A DNA stretch of 64,000 bases, taken from the NCBI GenBank assembly GCA_038065035.1, contig JBBTRV010000004.1, forward strand, positions 51,798 to 115,797, in the 5' to 3' direction. The translations under genes and the position numbers were made by a program. The notes beneath the pieces are model-generated. The model had not been told where the DNA came from. It made no database searches and saw only the letters and a program-made list of their open reading frames with translations. How positions within the stretch are numbered: the first letter of the stretch is position 1; each line of letters begins with the position of its first letter. Source of the DNA: Patescibacteria group bacterium. Its GTDB lineage: Bacteria > Patescibacteriota > Minisyncoccia > UBA6257 > UBA9933. Positions 44,046-52,578 of this stretch are shown here, piece by piece.

Positions 44046-45308
44046 ATGCAATCCTACGAAAAAATAGCGAGAATATTGCGCACCGATAAGGATAATATAA
44101 GAAATATTGAAGAAAGACTAGGCGTTTTGACAGGTAAAAAAGGCGTAATGGATAAAATAGCTGAAGATAATGAGCAAATGATAGATAATCGACTTGATGC
44201 AATGGGATTAAACAGACAATCTGCCGCTAAGGAAGTGTATGACACCTTGATTAAGCGCATTGAAGCTGATAATTATTTGCTTTTTGAGGCATTAAGCCGG
44301 CCGATTATAACGGAAATGGCCAGTTCTAATCATGTTCTTGGGGTGGCTAAAGAAATTGCCAAATGCCCGAAAGGATTTTTCATCAAAAAAGAAAAAGCGG
44401 TTGAACTTTTAGAAAGTCAGCCGCCTAAAACCATTATTGAAGCGTTGGGATACAAGGATGTGAAAGAATTAATCAATAAGGAAGATATTTTCGGCATTTA
44501 TAGCGCGCTTCGTTTTTTGGAAGACAAAGATTGGCTCAACAATATTTTTTTCAAGCAATATGAAAATTTAACGCCGGATGATTTTGAAGAAAGGGAAATA
44601 ATCGTTAAAACCTTAGATTATAAATGGGCCTCGGCGGCGCAATCATTTGTTAAAAAGAAACATCATAATATTTCTCATCTTAAAGAAATGGGGGTAGTTT
44701 TCGTTATTCCGGTTACTCTGGGAATTTCAGGGGAATTATTAAGAACGTTTGCTTTAGTTCTTCATTATCTTAATGAAGTTCCTTTTTATTCCAGTCTTTT
44801 CAAAATGTTTGCTGAATCAGACAGGGATAATTTTTCCAATAATTTAATTTCTCTTCTTCGCGGCGATGTTTTTGATGGGCAACTGTCTCCGTCGACAACC
44901 GATAAATCGCAATGGCTGGTAATCCAAAGATATTTGGCAAAAGACGATGAAAACGATTGGCGTTTATTCTTCCCTCATATTAATCCAGAGGCGCTTCACT
45001 GGGAAAGAATGGAAAGAATGCTCGCTCAAACGACCGACATATTAGACGGATTCGCGGTGAATCTCGCTTTTTGGCAGAATTTAAACTGGGTGGGAGACTA
45101 CTTTAAAAGCGATACTGGGATTGATATTTTAGTGAGTTTTAATTTGGTAGATACCGTAATGTCACTGGTAAAAGAAAAAGAAATGGTAAAATATCTTTAT
45201 CATCATGAAGAATCGCTTTGGAATAAGATTTTCATTGAATATTTCGGGGTAGAAAAATTAGAAGAATACGCGAAGAAAAATATCATCAAAGGGTGGTTTG
45301 AACTTTAA
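44046..45308 (+). CDS. Hypothetical protein (420 aa), no recognisable domain
   Basis: Long clean ORF between the PfkB kinase and fba genes with tight spacing. Confidence 0.4.
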   Translation: MQSYEKIARILRTDKDNIRNIEERLGVLTGKKGVMDKIAEDNEQMIDNRLDAMGLNRQSAAKEVYDTLIKRIEADNYLLFEALSRPIITEMASSNHVLGVAKEIAKCPKGFFIKKEKAVELLESQPPKTIIEALGYKDVKELINKEDIFGIYSALRFLEDKDWLNNIFFKQYENLTPDDFEEREIIVKTLDYKWASAAQSFVKKKHHNISHLKEMGVVFVIPVTLGISGELLRTFALVLHYLNEVPFYSSLFKMFAESDRDNFSNNLISLLRGDVFDGQLSPSTTDKSQWLVIQRYLAKDDENDWRLFFPHINPEALHWERMERMLAQTTDILDGFAVNLAFWQNLNWVGDYFKSDTGIDILVSFNLVDTVMSLVKEKEMVKYLYHHEESLWNKIFIEYFGVEKLEEYAKKNIIKGWFEL

Positions 45309-45313
45309 TTAAC

Positions 45314-46186
45314 ATGAAAACATTAAGAGAAATAATTCAAAACGCCGAAGAAAATAAAATCGCCATTGGGCATTTTAATATTTCAGATTGCATCGGTTTA
45401 AAAGCTATTTTTAAAGCGGCTCAAGAATTGAATTTGCCTATAATAATCGGCGTTTCCGAAGGCGAGCGGGAATTTATCGGAACCAAAAGAGCCGCGGATA
45501 TGATTAGAAGCATCCGTGAAGAGTTTGGCTATCAGATTTTTTTAAACGCCGACCATACTCATTCTTTTGAAAAAATAAAAGAAGCGGTTGATGCCGGTTT
45601 TGACGCGGTGCTTTTTGACGGCGGGAAATTGCCGTTGGAAGAAAATATAAAACAGGCGAAACAAGTGGTGGAATACGCCAAAAGTGTTAATCCGGATATT
45701 TTAGTTGAAGGCGAGCTTGGTTATATCGGCGGCAGTTCAACGATTTTAAAAGAAGTGCCGAAAGACGCCGATATTGCTCCGGAAAATCTGACAAAGACGG
45801 AAGACGCCGAGCGGTTTATTAAAGAAACAAGAATTGATTTGCTTGCGCCGGCAGTCGGCAATATCCACGGCATGTTTAAAAACGCGCCTAATCCGCACAT
45901 TGATATTCAAAGAATTACGGCGCTTAGGCAGGCGGCAGGCGTGCCGATTGTGCTTCACGGCGGTTCAGGTATTCGCGATGAGGAATTTACGCAAGCAATT
46001 AATGCCGGCATTTCTATTATTCATATAAATACTGAAATTCGCGTGGCTTGGCGAAAAGGCATGGAACAAGGCTTAAGCGAGAAGCCGGAAGAAGTTGTCC
46101 CTTATAAAATAGCTCCGGCAGCAATTGAAGAAATAAAAAAAGTTGTGTTAAACAGGTTGAAATTATTCAGCAAGATGAATGTATAA
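45314..46186 (+). CDS. fba: Class II fructose-bisphosphate aldolase
   Basis: IAIGHFN, NADHTHSFE and VLHGGSG motifs. Confidence 0.85.
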   Translation: MKTLREIIQNAEENKIAIGHFNISDCIGLKAIFKAAQELNLPIIIGVSEGEREFIGTKRAADMIRSIREEFGYQIFLNADHTHSFEKIKEAVDAGFDAVLFDGGKLPLEENIKQAKQVVEYAKSVNPDILVEGELGYIGGSSTILKEVPKDADIAPENLTKTEDAERFIKETRIDLLAPAVGNIHGMFKNAPNPHIDIQRITALRQAAGVPIVLHGGSGIRDEEFTQAINAGISIIHINTEIRVAWRKGMEQGLSEKPEEVVPYKIAPAAIEEIKKVVLNRLKLFSKMNV

Positions 46187-46799
46187 ATATATAATCGGCA
46201 TTGACGAAGTTGGGCGGGGAGCACTAGCGGGTCCGGTTGTTGTCGCGGCGGTAGCTGCGACAACAAAATTCAGAATTCAATCCGCCAGACGACAGACAAA
46301 ATTAAAAATTCCCTTAAGAGATTCAAAAAAACTTTCTGCGAATCAACGTGAAGTCTGGTTTGCCTTTATAAAAAAACAAAAAATTCCTTACGCGATTGCT
46401 AGAGTTTCTCCGAAGATTATAGATAAAATTAATATTTCTAATACCGCCAATCTGGCGGCTACTAGCGCCTTATGGGCGCTAATTAAGAATTACAAATTAA
46501 GAATTAAGAATTGTCGAGTTTATTTGGACGGTGGATTGTATATAAATTCAAAATTCAAAAATAAAAATTTAAAAAATATAAAAACCCAAACTATTATTCG
46601 CGGAGACGAAAAAATACCGGCGATATCTTTGGCGTCAATTATCGCCAAAGTAAGCCGCGACAGATATATGAAAAATCTTCATAAAAAATACCCGCGCTAC
46701 GATTTTATTCATAATGTCGGCTATGGCACGAAAAAACACGTAAGGGCTATTAAGAAGCGCGGCTTATCTCCTATTCACCGCAGAACTTTTAAAATTTAA
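46179..46799 (+). CDS. rnhB: Ribonuclease HII
   Basis: IIGIDEVGRGALAGPVVVAAV catalytic motif. Confidence 0.85.
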   Translation: MYKYIIGIDEVGRGALAGPVVVAAVAATTKFRIQSARRQTKLKIPLRDSKKLSANQREVWFAFIKKQKIPYAIARVSPKIIDKINISNTANLAATSALWALIKNYKLRIKNCRVYLDGGLYINSKFKNKNLKNIKTQTIIRGDEKIPAISLASIIAKVSRDRYMKNLHKKYPRYDFIHNVGYGTKKHVRAIKKRGLSPIHRRTFKI

Positions 46800-46914
46800 C
46801 TCACATTCACCAAACCATTGCTTTTTTTATAAAACTTTTATATTCTTCGGGTAAGAACATTGAGAAGTTAATAAGGAAGATAAACTAAACAATAAACAGT
46901 AAAGGAGGATAGAA

Positions 46915-47811
46915 ATGATTTATAGGCCTTATTCAGAAAGGATACCAGATGCGCAATATCAGAATGTTTTAAGAGAGATTCTTGAAAATGGGATTGAGGG
47001 AGAGAGCCAGCAGGAAGTTGATTGTATAACAAAAATGGTACCAACTCCGATGCATTTCAGGTTTGAAAATGGTTTTCCAATAATCACCGAACGTGATATT
47101 GGTGGATTTTGGAGACAATCTGTCGGAGAGATATTTGCTTTTATTAATGGGGCGAGAACTTTAAAACAGCTTGAGGAATATGGCTGTTATTGGTGGAAAT
47201 CATGGGGTACACCGGAAAAATGCGCAAAACGTGGACTTGAGCCGGGAGATCTTGGCCCGGGTTCGTACGGCGCGGCATTTCATGATTTTCCAACAGCAGA
47301 AGGAAAACCATTTAATCAGGTTCAGCATGTAATTGAGCAAATTAAAGAATTACCGCATTTGAGGACTCACTTTATATCGCCATGGATTCCGCAATATATT
47401 GGTCGTGGCAAAGGCAAACAGCAAAAAGTAGTTGTCGCTCCTTGTCATGGCTGGATGCAGATTCGCATTTTAGGCAATAAACTTACTTTGGTTATGATTC
47501 AGCGTTCGGCTGATGTTCCCGTTGGTGTTCCGGCGAATATGGTTCAGTACGCGGCTTTAACTCTCGCATTTGCTCTTATAACTGGTTATGAACCGTACGA
47601 ATATATACACGTACTCATTGACGCCCATATTTACGAAAACCAGATTTCTTATGTGAAAGAGATATTAAAGAGAGAGCCGCGAAAATTTCCAACACTTGAA
47701 ATTCGTCCAGATATCAATTTTAAAGATATATTTGAATTTCATAGCGGAAACTTTGTTCTATCTGACTATGATCCTTATCCTGCAATTAAAGGTATTCCGG
47801 TAGCAATATGA
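46915..47811 (+). CDS. thyA: Thymidylate synthase (ThyA family)
   Basis: APCHGWMQI catalytic Cys, QRSADVPVGVPANMVQY with the dUMP-type Asn, and C-terminal GIPVAI. AAAGGAGG RBS. Confidence 0.85.
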   Translation: MIYRPYSERIPDAQYQNVLREILENGIEGESQQEVDCITKMVPTPMHFRFENGFPIITERDIGGFWRQSVGEIFAFINGARTLKQLEEYGCYWWKSWGTPEKCAKRGLEPGDLGPGSYGAAFHDFPTAEGKPFNQVQHVIEQIKELPHLRTHFISPWIPQYIGRGKGKQQKVVVAPCHGWMQIRILGNKLTLVMIQRSADVPVGVPANMVQYAALTLAFALITGYEPYEYIHVLIDAHIYENQISYVKEILKREPRKFPTLEIRPDINFKDIFEFHSGNFVLSDYDPYPAIKGIPVAI

Positions 47812-47821
47812 AATAAAGGAG

Positions 47822-48796
47822 GTGAAATATATGAAAGAACTTTCCATAGTCGTTGCTATAAATCAGAATGGTGTGATTGGTTGCAAAGGTGAAATTCCCT
47901 GGTATCTTCCGTCTGACTTAAAACGTTTTGCTGATTTAACTAGCGGTCATCCGGTAATTATGGGTAGAAAAACTTACGAATCTGTCATTGAAAGGTTAGG
48001 ACATCCCTTAAAAAACAGAACAAATATAATTCTCACAAATAATGGGGATTTCAAGATCGCAGAAAGTTGCAAAATAGTTTCTTCTTTTGAAGAAGCCATA
48101 GAAGTTGCTGAAAAAGAAGTTGGTTCCGAGGAAATTTTTATTATAGGCGGAGCTGAAATTTATAAATTAGCGTTGCCGCGATCCACCAAAATGTATATTA
48201 CTAAGGTGAACTCTGAATGTGATGGGGATGTTTTCTTTCCTGATTATAACAGGAAGGAATGGAAATTAGTATTTGCTAAAAATCTTGTCTATGATAAAGA
48301 TACTTTTAAATCAACTTTCCTTATCTATAAGAGAAAAAAAGAAACATTTCTTAATTTTGCTCATGCAAGAGATACTCAACAGGAATCTCTTATGGAAAAA
48401 ATAAAAAAAGACGGAGTTTGTCCTTTTTGCAGGGAGAATCTTGAGAAGTATCATCCTCGGCCGATTATCAAAGAAGGCGAATGGTGGGTTGTCACTGCGA
48501 ACATGTTTCCTTATGAAGGAACAAGTATTCACCTCCTTTTCATCTACAAAAACCATGCTGTGACGATTCGTGAGGTTGAATCTAATGAAGCTAAGATTGA
48601 GCTTTGGGATTTGATTTCATGGGCAACGACACAATACAAGATTGATGGTGGAGCCTTTTTTGTTCGGTTTGGAGATACTGAACGAACAGGCGGAAGCGTT
48701 AATCATCTTCACGCTCAGTTAATTGTCGGTGAGGCAGAAAGGTCTGGAAATGCAGAGTCTCTAAAAGTAAAATTGGGATATAAAAGGAAAAAATAA
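47822..48796 (+). CDS. Dihydrofolate reductase fused to a C-terminal HIT-superfamily (GalT-branch, HxHxQ) domain
   Basis: N-terminus LSIVVAINQNGVIGCKGEIPWYLPSDLKRF (DHFR). C-terminus CPFC...NHLHAQLIVG (Cys knuckle plus HxHxQ). Confidence 0.7.
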   Translation: MKYMKELSIVVAINQNGVIGCKGEIPWYLPSDLKRFADLTSGHPVIMGRKTYESVIERLGHPLKNRTNIILTNNGDFKIAESCKIVSSFEEAIEVAEKEVGSEEIFIIGGAEIYKLALPRSTKMYITKVNSECDGDVFFPDYNRKEWKLVFAKNLVYDKDTFKSTFLIYKRKKETFLNFAHARDTQQESLMEKIKKDGVCPFCRENLEKYHPRPIIKEGEWWVVTANMFPYEGTSIHLLFIYKNHAVTIREVESNEAKIELWDLISWATTQYKIDGGAFFVRFGDTERTGGSVNHLHAQLIVGEAERSGNAESLKVKLGYKRKK

Positions 48797-48811
48797 ATAT
48801 ATCCAAAAAAT

Positions 48812-48850
48812 AAAGCCCTTCACGACTAAAAAATCGTGAAGGGCTTCTTT
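48812..48850. terminator. Bidirectional rho-independent terminator between convergent genes
   Basis: aaagcccttcacga-ctaaaaaa-tcgtgaagggcttt, with A/T runs on both sides. Confidence 0.7.
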
Positions 48851-48860
48851 AATTTTGAGC

Positions 48861-49715
48861 TTATTCTACTAAAACAAGCTCAACTCCTTTATATTTTAGT
48901 ATTTCTTGTCCATCAAGGACCGCATATCCTTGATGAAAATAACACTTTTTTATGCCAGTTCTGGCAATCAATTTAGCGCAGGGAGGACACGGGAAATCAG
49001 TTATGAAAATATCTGTCCCCAGTAGGGCAATTCCTCTTTTTGCCGCTTCTGCAATAACCGTTGCTTCTGCATGCTCTGCTGTTGAAAGTTCAATATGAAT
49101 ACCTCGTTTGAAAATGCTGCGAGGGTCGCCGAAGACAGATGGCATTTGCGGGTCGGGAAGATGTTGGTTATGCGCCATTATGATTATTTCTCCATTTTTG
49201 ATAACGGCGGCTGATGTTTGTCGCCACCAGTCAAAGCTTTTTTGAGATTCTTGTATAATCTTCTCCATTATTTCTTTCTCAAAGTCGCTTAGAGAAATAA
49301 TCCTGTGGACTTCCACCTTCTTTTTTTCTTCTACATTATCACGATGCCATCTGAGAAAGATTGGCATAAAGATAGCTTCCTTTTCCTTAAAATATCTATC
49401 TATAATCGCCCGAGATATGTCTTCGCTTGGCGCTATTATTTTAAGTGGTGGATCTATTAGCGCGCGGATAATTTTCTGATTTAATACTTCAACAGAGGCA
49501 AAAGGAAACCATTCTTCAATTGCTTTGATTGTCATTTTTGGCGGAAGGGCCCTGATGGAATCTTTTCGTTTCAGGTAATCAAACTCTGGAAGAAAATTTT
49601 CAAGAATTTCATCTCCTATTAGATATATTGTATTGCTATATATTAAATTATCAAATAAGAAATTGAAATATCCTTTATGGAGAACTGGAATATAGGCAAT
49701 AATAATTGTTTTCAT
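48861..49715 (-). CDS. dCMP/cytidine deaminase-family protein with a ~130-aa N-terminal extension
   Basis: C-terminal HAEATVIAEAAKRG...PCPPCAKLI Zn-binding HAE/PCxxC motifs. Confidence 0.7.
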   Translation of the reverse strand: MKTIIIAYIPVLHKGYFNFLFDNLIYSNTIYLIGDEILENFLPEFDYLKRKDSIRALPPKMTIKAIEEWFPFASVEVLNQKIIRALIDPPLKIIAPSEDISRAIIDRYFKEKEAIFMPIFLRWHRDNVEEKKKVEVHRIISLSDFEKEIMEKIIQESQKSFDWWRQTSAAVIKNGEIIIMAHNQHLPDPQMPSVFGDPRSIFKRGIHIELSTAEHAEATVIAEAAKRGIALLGTDIFITDFPCPPCAKLIARTGIKKCYFHQGYAVLDGQEILKYKGVELVLVE

Positions 49716-50314
49716 TGCTTGCCCTCCTGTATCTCTTTTAGCTTTTCTTCAATCAGCTTTATAAAATCATTTGTCAGATTTTTTGCGAAATTGTGAATAC
49801 CTTGCGTATGTAGTATCCGAATTTTCGCAGTAGTGCTAGTAATAGCTTGGGGTTCAAGAAGCGCCACTTTACCGCATAGTTTCTCTCTCTCTCTTATACC
49901 TTCCTCGCTATGTCTTGAAGTTTTTGATAAAACTAAAACATCAGGTTTTACAGTATTGATGAGATGATATTGCGGAGCGTTGTGTGGCTTTAATACAATT
50001 ACATCGACATGTCTTAGATGGGCGAGCACTGATATGCGTTCTATCTCCGGCACAACTGGACGATTTGGGCCTTTCCGCGCTCTAATTTTTTCATCACTAT
50101 CAACGCCGACTATCAAAATATCGCCCATTTTCTTGGCTTTCTCCAGATATTCGGCATGGCCGATATGGAAAATATCAAAAGCTCCGGAAGTAAGCACTAT
50201 TTTTAGTCCCATTTCCTTCCAATATTCTACAAGCATGGATAGTCTTCCGTAATCGGTAATAAATCTTTCTTTAAAACTAGTTTCATCTCCAAAAATTCCA
50301 GTATTAATTGCCAT
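49712..50314 (-). CDS. Cytidylyltransferase-like (HIGH-motif) nucleotidyltransferase
   Basis: SGAFDIFHIGHAEYLEKAKKMGDILIVGVDSDEKI resembles the TagD/RfaE-II/RibL family signature. Confidence 0.6.
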   Translation of the reverse strand: MAINTGIFGDETSFKERFITDYGRLSMLVEYWKEMGLKIVLTSGAFDIFHIGHAEYLEKAKKMGDILIVGVDSDEKIRARKGPNRPVVPEIERISVLAHLRHVDVIVLKPHNAPQYHLINTVKPDVLVLSKTSRHSEEGIREREKLCGKVALLEPQAITSTTAKIRILHTQGIHNFAKNLTNDFIKLIEEKLKEIQEGKQ

Positions 50315-50471
50315 AGCTATTCCTCCCTTTCTTTAAAAAAGTGTTAGTTTTTCTATCTTATTCTATTTATTATAATGTCCTAATTATATTCTTATATAAA
50401 AATCATCACAAAGTCAATAATATTTAGTTTATTAATTGATATAACCCCTTTTTTATTTTATAATCCAAACT

Positions 50472-51065
50472 ATGAATATTAAGCGCGATTTGGAATTTTT
50501 ATATGAAGTCGGTTCTTTCAGGTTTTTGCAAAGAACCTGGAAACAATTTTTAAATCCTGATTTTCAAAATATATCAGAGCACACCTTAAGAGTGCTCTGG
50601 ATTTCTTTAATTTTGGCAAAATATGAAGGCGTTAAAAATTGCGAAAAATTATTAAAAATGGCATTAGTTCATGATTTATCGGAAAGCAGAAGCGGAGATG
50701 TAAATTATCTGTCAAGGCAATATTGCGAAAGAATGGAAGATATGGCAATTAATGATATTTTTAAAAATACTATTTTAGAAAATGAATTTATTAAGCTTTG
50801 GCAGGAATATGAAAAAAAGAAATCTTTGGAGGCAAAAATCATCAAAGACGCCGATAATCTGGATGTTGATTTAGAATTATGCGAACAAGAAGCAAGGGGG
50901 CATAAGTTAAAGAAAATATGGTTAAAAAATCGCCAAAGGGCGGTTTATGAAAAATTATACACAACATCTGCCAAGAAATTCTGGAAAGAAATTATTAAAT
51001 CCAGTCCTCATGATTGGCATTTAAACGCCAGAAATCGCTTTAACAACGGTGACTGGAAAAAGTGA
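50472..51065 (+). CDS. HD-domain phosphohydrolase (YfbR-like 5'-deoxynucleotidase)
   Basis: HTLRV...LVHDLSESRSGD is an H...HD...D motif. Confidence 0.65.
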   Translation: MNIKRDLEFLYEVGSFRFLQRTWKQFLNPDFQNISEHTLRVLWISLILAKYEGVKNCEKLLKMALVHDLSESRSGDVNYLSRQYCERMEDMAINDIFKNTILENEFIKLWQEYEKKKSLEAKIIKDADNLDVDLELCEQEARGHKLKKIWLKNRQRAVYEKLYTTSAKKFWKEIIKSSPHDWHLNARNRFNNGDWKK

Positions 51066-51180
51066 AATTTCATTGACTTTTTTGCCTAAATCATAAATAC
51101 TAAATTAGTAAAATTGTTAATTAGTGGATTAGTTAATTAGAAATACGAACCAATTAACCAGTTGACCAGTTGACTAAACT

Positions 51181-51375
51181 ATGGGTGGCGTACCGACAAA
51201 ACATCATACCAGTTCCAAAACTCGGCGGAGGCGGTCTCATTTGGCGTTAAAATCCGCCAATCTTTTTGCTTGTTTAAATTGCCAATCGCCGATTTTGCCG
51301 CATAGATATTGCGCGAATTGCGGAAATTATAAAGGGAAGATTATTAAAGAACCAAAATTGAAAATTAAAAAATAG
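51181..51375 (+). CDS. rpmF: Ribosomal protein bL32
   Basis: Basic N-terminus KTRRRRSH and a Cys-rich CLNC...CANCG ribbon. Size 64 aa. Confidence 0.75.
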   Translation: MGGVPTKHHTSSKTRRRRSHLALKSANLFACLNCQSPILPHRYCANCGNYKGKIIKEPKLKIKK

Positions 51376-51391
51376 AATAGAATAAAAAATA

Positions 51392-51817
51392 ATGGCCACA
51401 AGGCATATCGCTAGAAGCATCGCTCTTCAATCATTATACGAATGGGATTTTCACAATAGGAAGGCGGATTTAACTCAGATAGTTGAGCGCGACATTGAAG
51501 AATTCGGCGCCGGAATTGACGAGCCGGATTTTGTCTGGCGCATTATTAAAGGCGTAACTGAGCATATTGAAGCCATTGATAAGATAATTGAAAAAGCCGC
51601 TCCCCAATGGCCGCTCAGCCAGATTTCTTTAATTGACCGGAATATTTTAAGAATCGGGCTTTATGAATTATTGTATGCTGATAAAGCTGAAATACCGGAA
51701 AAAGTGGCGATTAACGAGGCAATTGAATTGTCAAAAAATTACAGCGGCAATAATTCAAGCAAATTTGTTAATGGCGTTTTAGGGACGGTGTATAAGGAAA
51801 TAGGAATAAAAGCATGA
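51392..51817 (+). CDS. nusB: Transcription antitermination factor NusB
   Basis: [18 protein letters not shown]-terminal signature. 141 aa. Confidence 0.85.
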   Translation: MATRHIARSIALQSLYEWDFHNRKADLTQIVERDIEEFGAGIDEPDFVWRIIKGVTEHIEAIDKIIEKAAPQWPLSQISLIDRNILRIGLYELLYADKAEIPEKVAINEAIELSKNYSGNNSSKFVNGVLGTVYKEIGIKA

Positions 51818-51882
51818 CTTATGACTTATGACCAATAACTTTTTGTTATTTGTTATAAGTTATTAGTTATTAGCTGAAAATC

Positions 51883-52578
51883 GTGGATTTATCGAGTTTA
51901 GAAAGAAAAATAGAATATCAGTTTAAAAATAAAAACCTTCTTAAAGAAGCTCTTACTCATCGTTCTTATCTTAATGAAAATCCTTCGTGGGGCAAAGATT
52001 TTTTGAGTCCTCATAACGAGCGCTTGGAATTTTTAGGCGACGCTGTGCTTGAGTTAGTAGTTACGGAAAACCTTTTTAAAAATTATTCCCGTTCTTCCGA
52101 AGGCGAATTGACAAGCATCAGGTCAGCTTTGGTTAATTATCAGATGCTGGCAGATATTTCAAGAGACATTGTTTTAAGCGACCATATATTATTATCTCGC
52201 GGAGAGGCCAAAGACACAGGCAAGGCTAGGGATGTTATTTTAGCTAATGCTTTTGAATCTCTTATCGGCGCTATTTATCTTGACGCCGGCTATGAAGGAG
52301 CGGAAAAATTCATAAATTCTTTTGTGATGAAGAGGGTGGCGGAAGTAATGGAGAAAGAGCTTTATAGAGATCCCAAAAGTTTCCTTCAGGAAATAATTCA
52401 AGAAAAAATGAAAATTACTCCGACATACGATGTTATTTCGGAGAAAGGGCCGGACCACGCGAAAATTTTCAGAGTCGGCGTTTATTTCGGCGCTCAGCTG
52501 ATTGGTGAAGGCGAGGGTTATTCAAAACAGGAAGCGGAGGTAGAAGCCGCAAAAGTGGCGTTAAAAAATGTTTCTTAA
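51883..52578 (+). CDS. rnc: Ribonuclease III
   Basis: ERLEFLGDAVLELVV catalytic signature and a C-terminal dsRBD. Confidence 0.9.
   Translation: MDLSSLERKIEYQFKNKNLLKEALTHRSYLNENPSWGKDFLSPHNERLEFLGDAVLELVVTENLFKNYSRSSEGELTSIRSALVNYQMLADISRDIVLSDHILLSRGEAKDTGKARDVILANAFESLIGAIYLDAGYEGAEKFINSFVMKRVAEVMEKELYRDPKSFLQEIIQEKMKITPTYDVISEKGPDHAKIFRVGVYFGAQLIGEGEGYSKQEAEVEAAKVALKNVS

Noticed and set aside
51818-51882. tgacttatgacttatgacc… / gttataagttattagttattag repeats between nusB and rnc (and tgactaataactgatgactaa at 14740-14780) as a possible small RNA or repeat element
   Set aside because: They are short AT-rich three-frame stop-codon strings with no convincing stable secondary structure. This is intergenic punctuation rather than a structured element.
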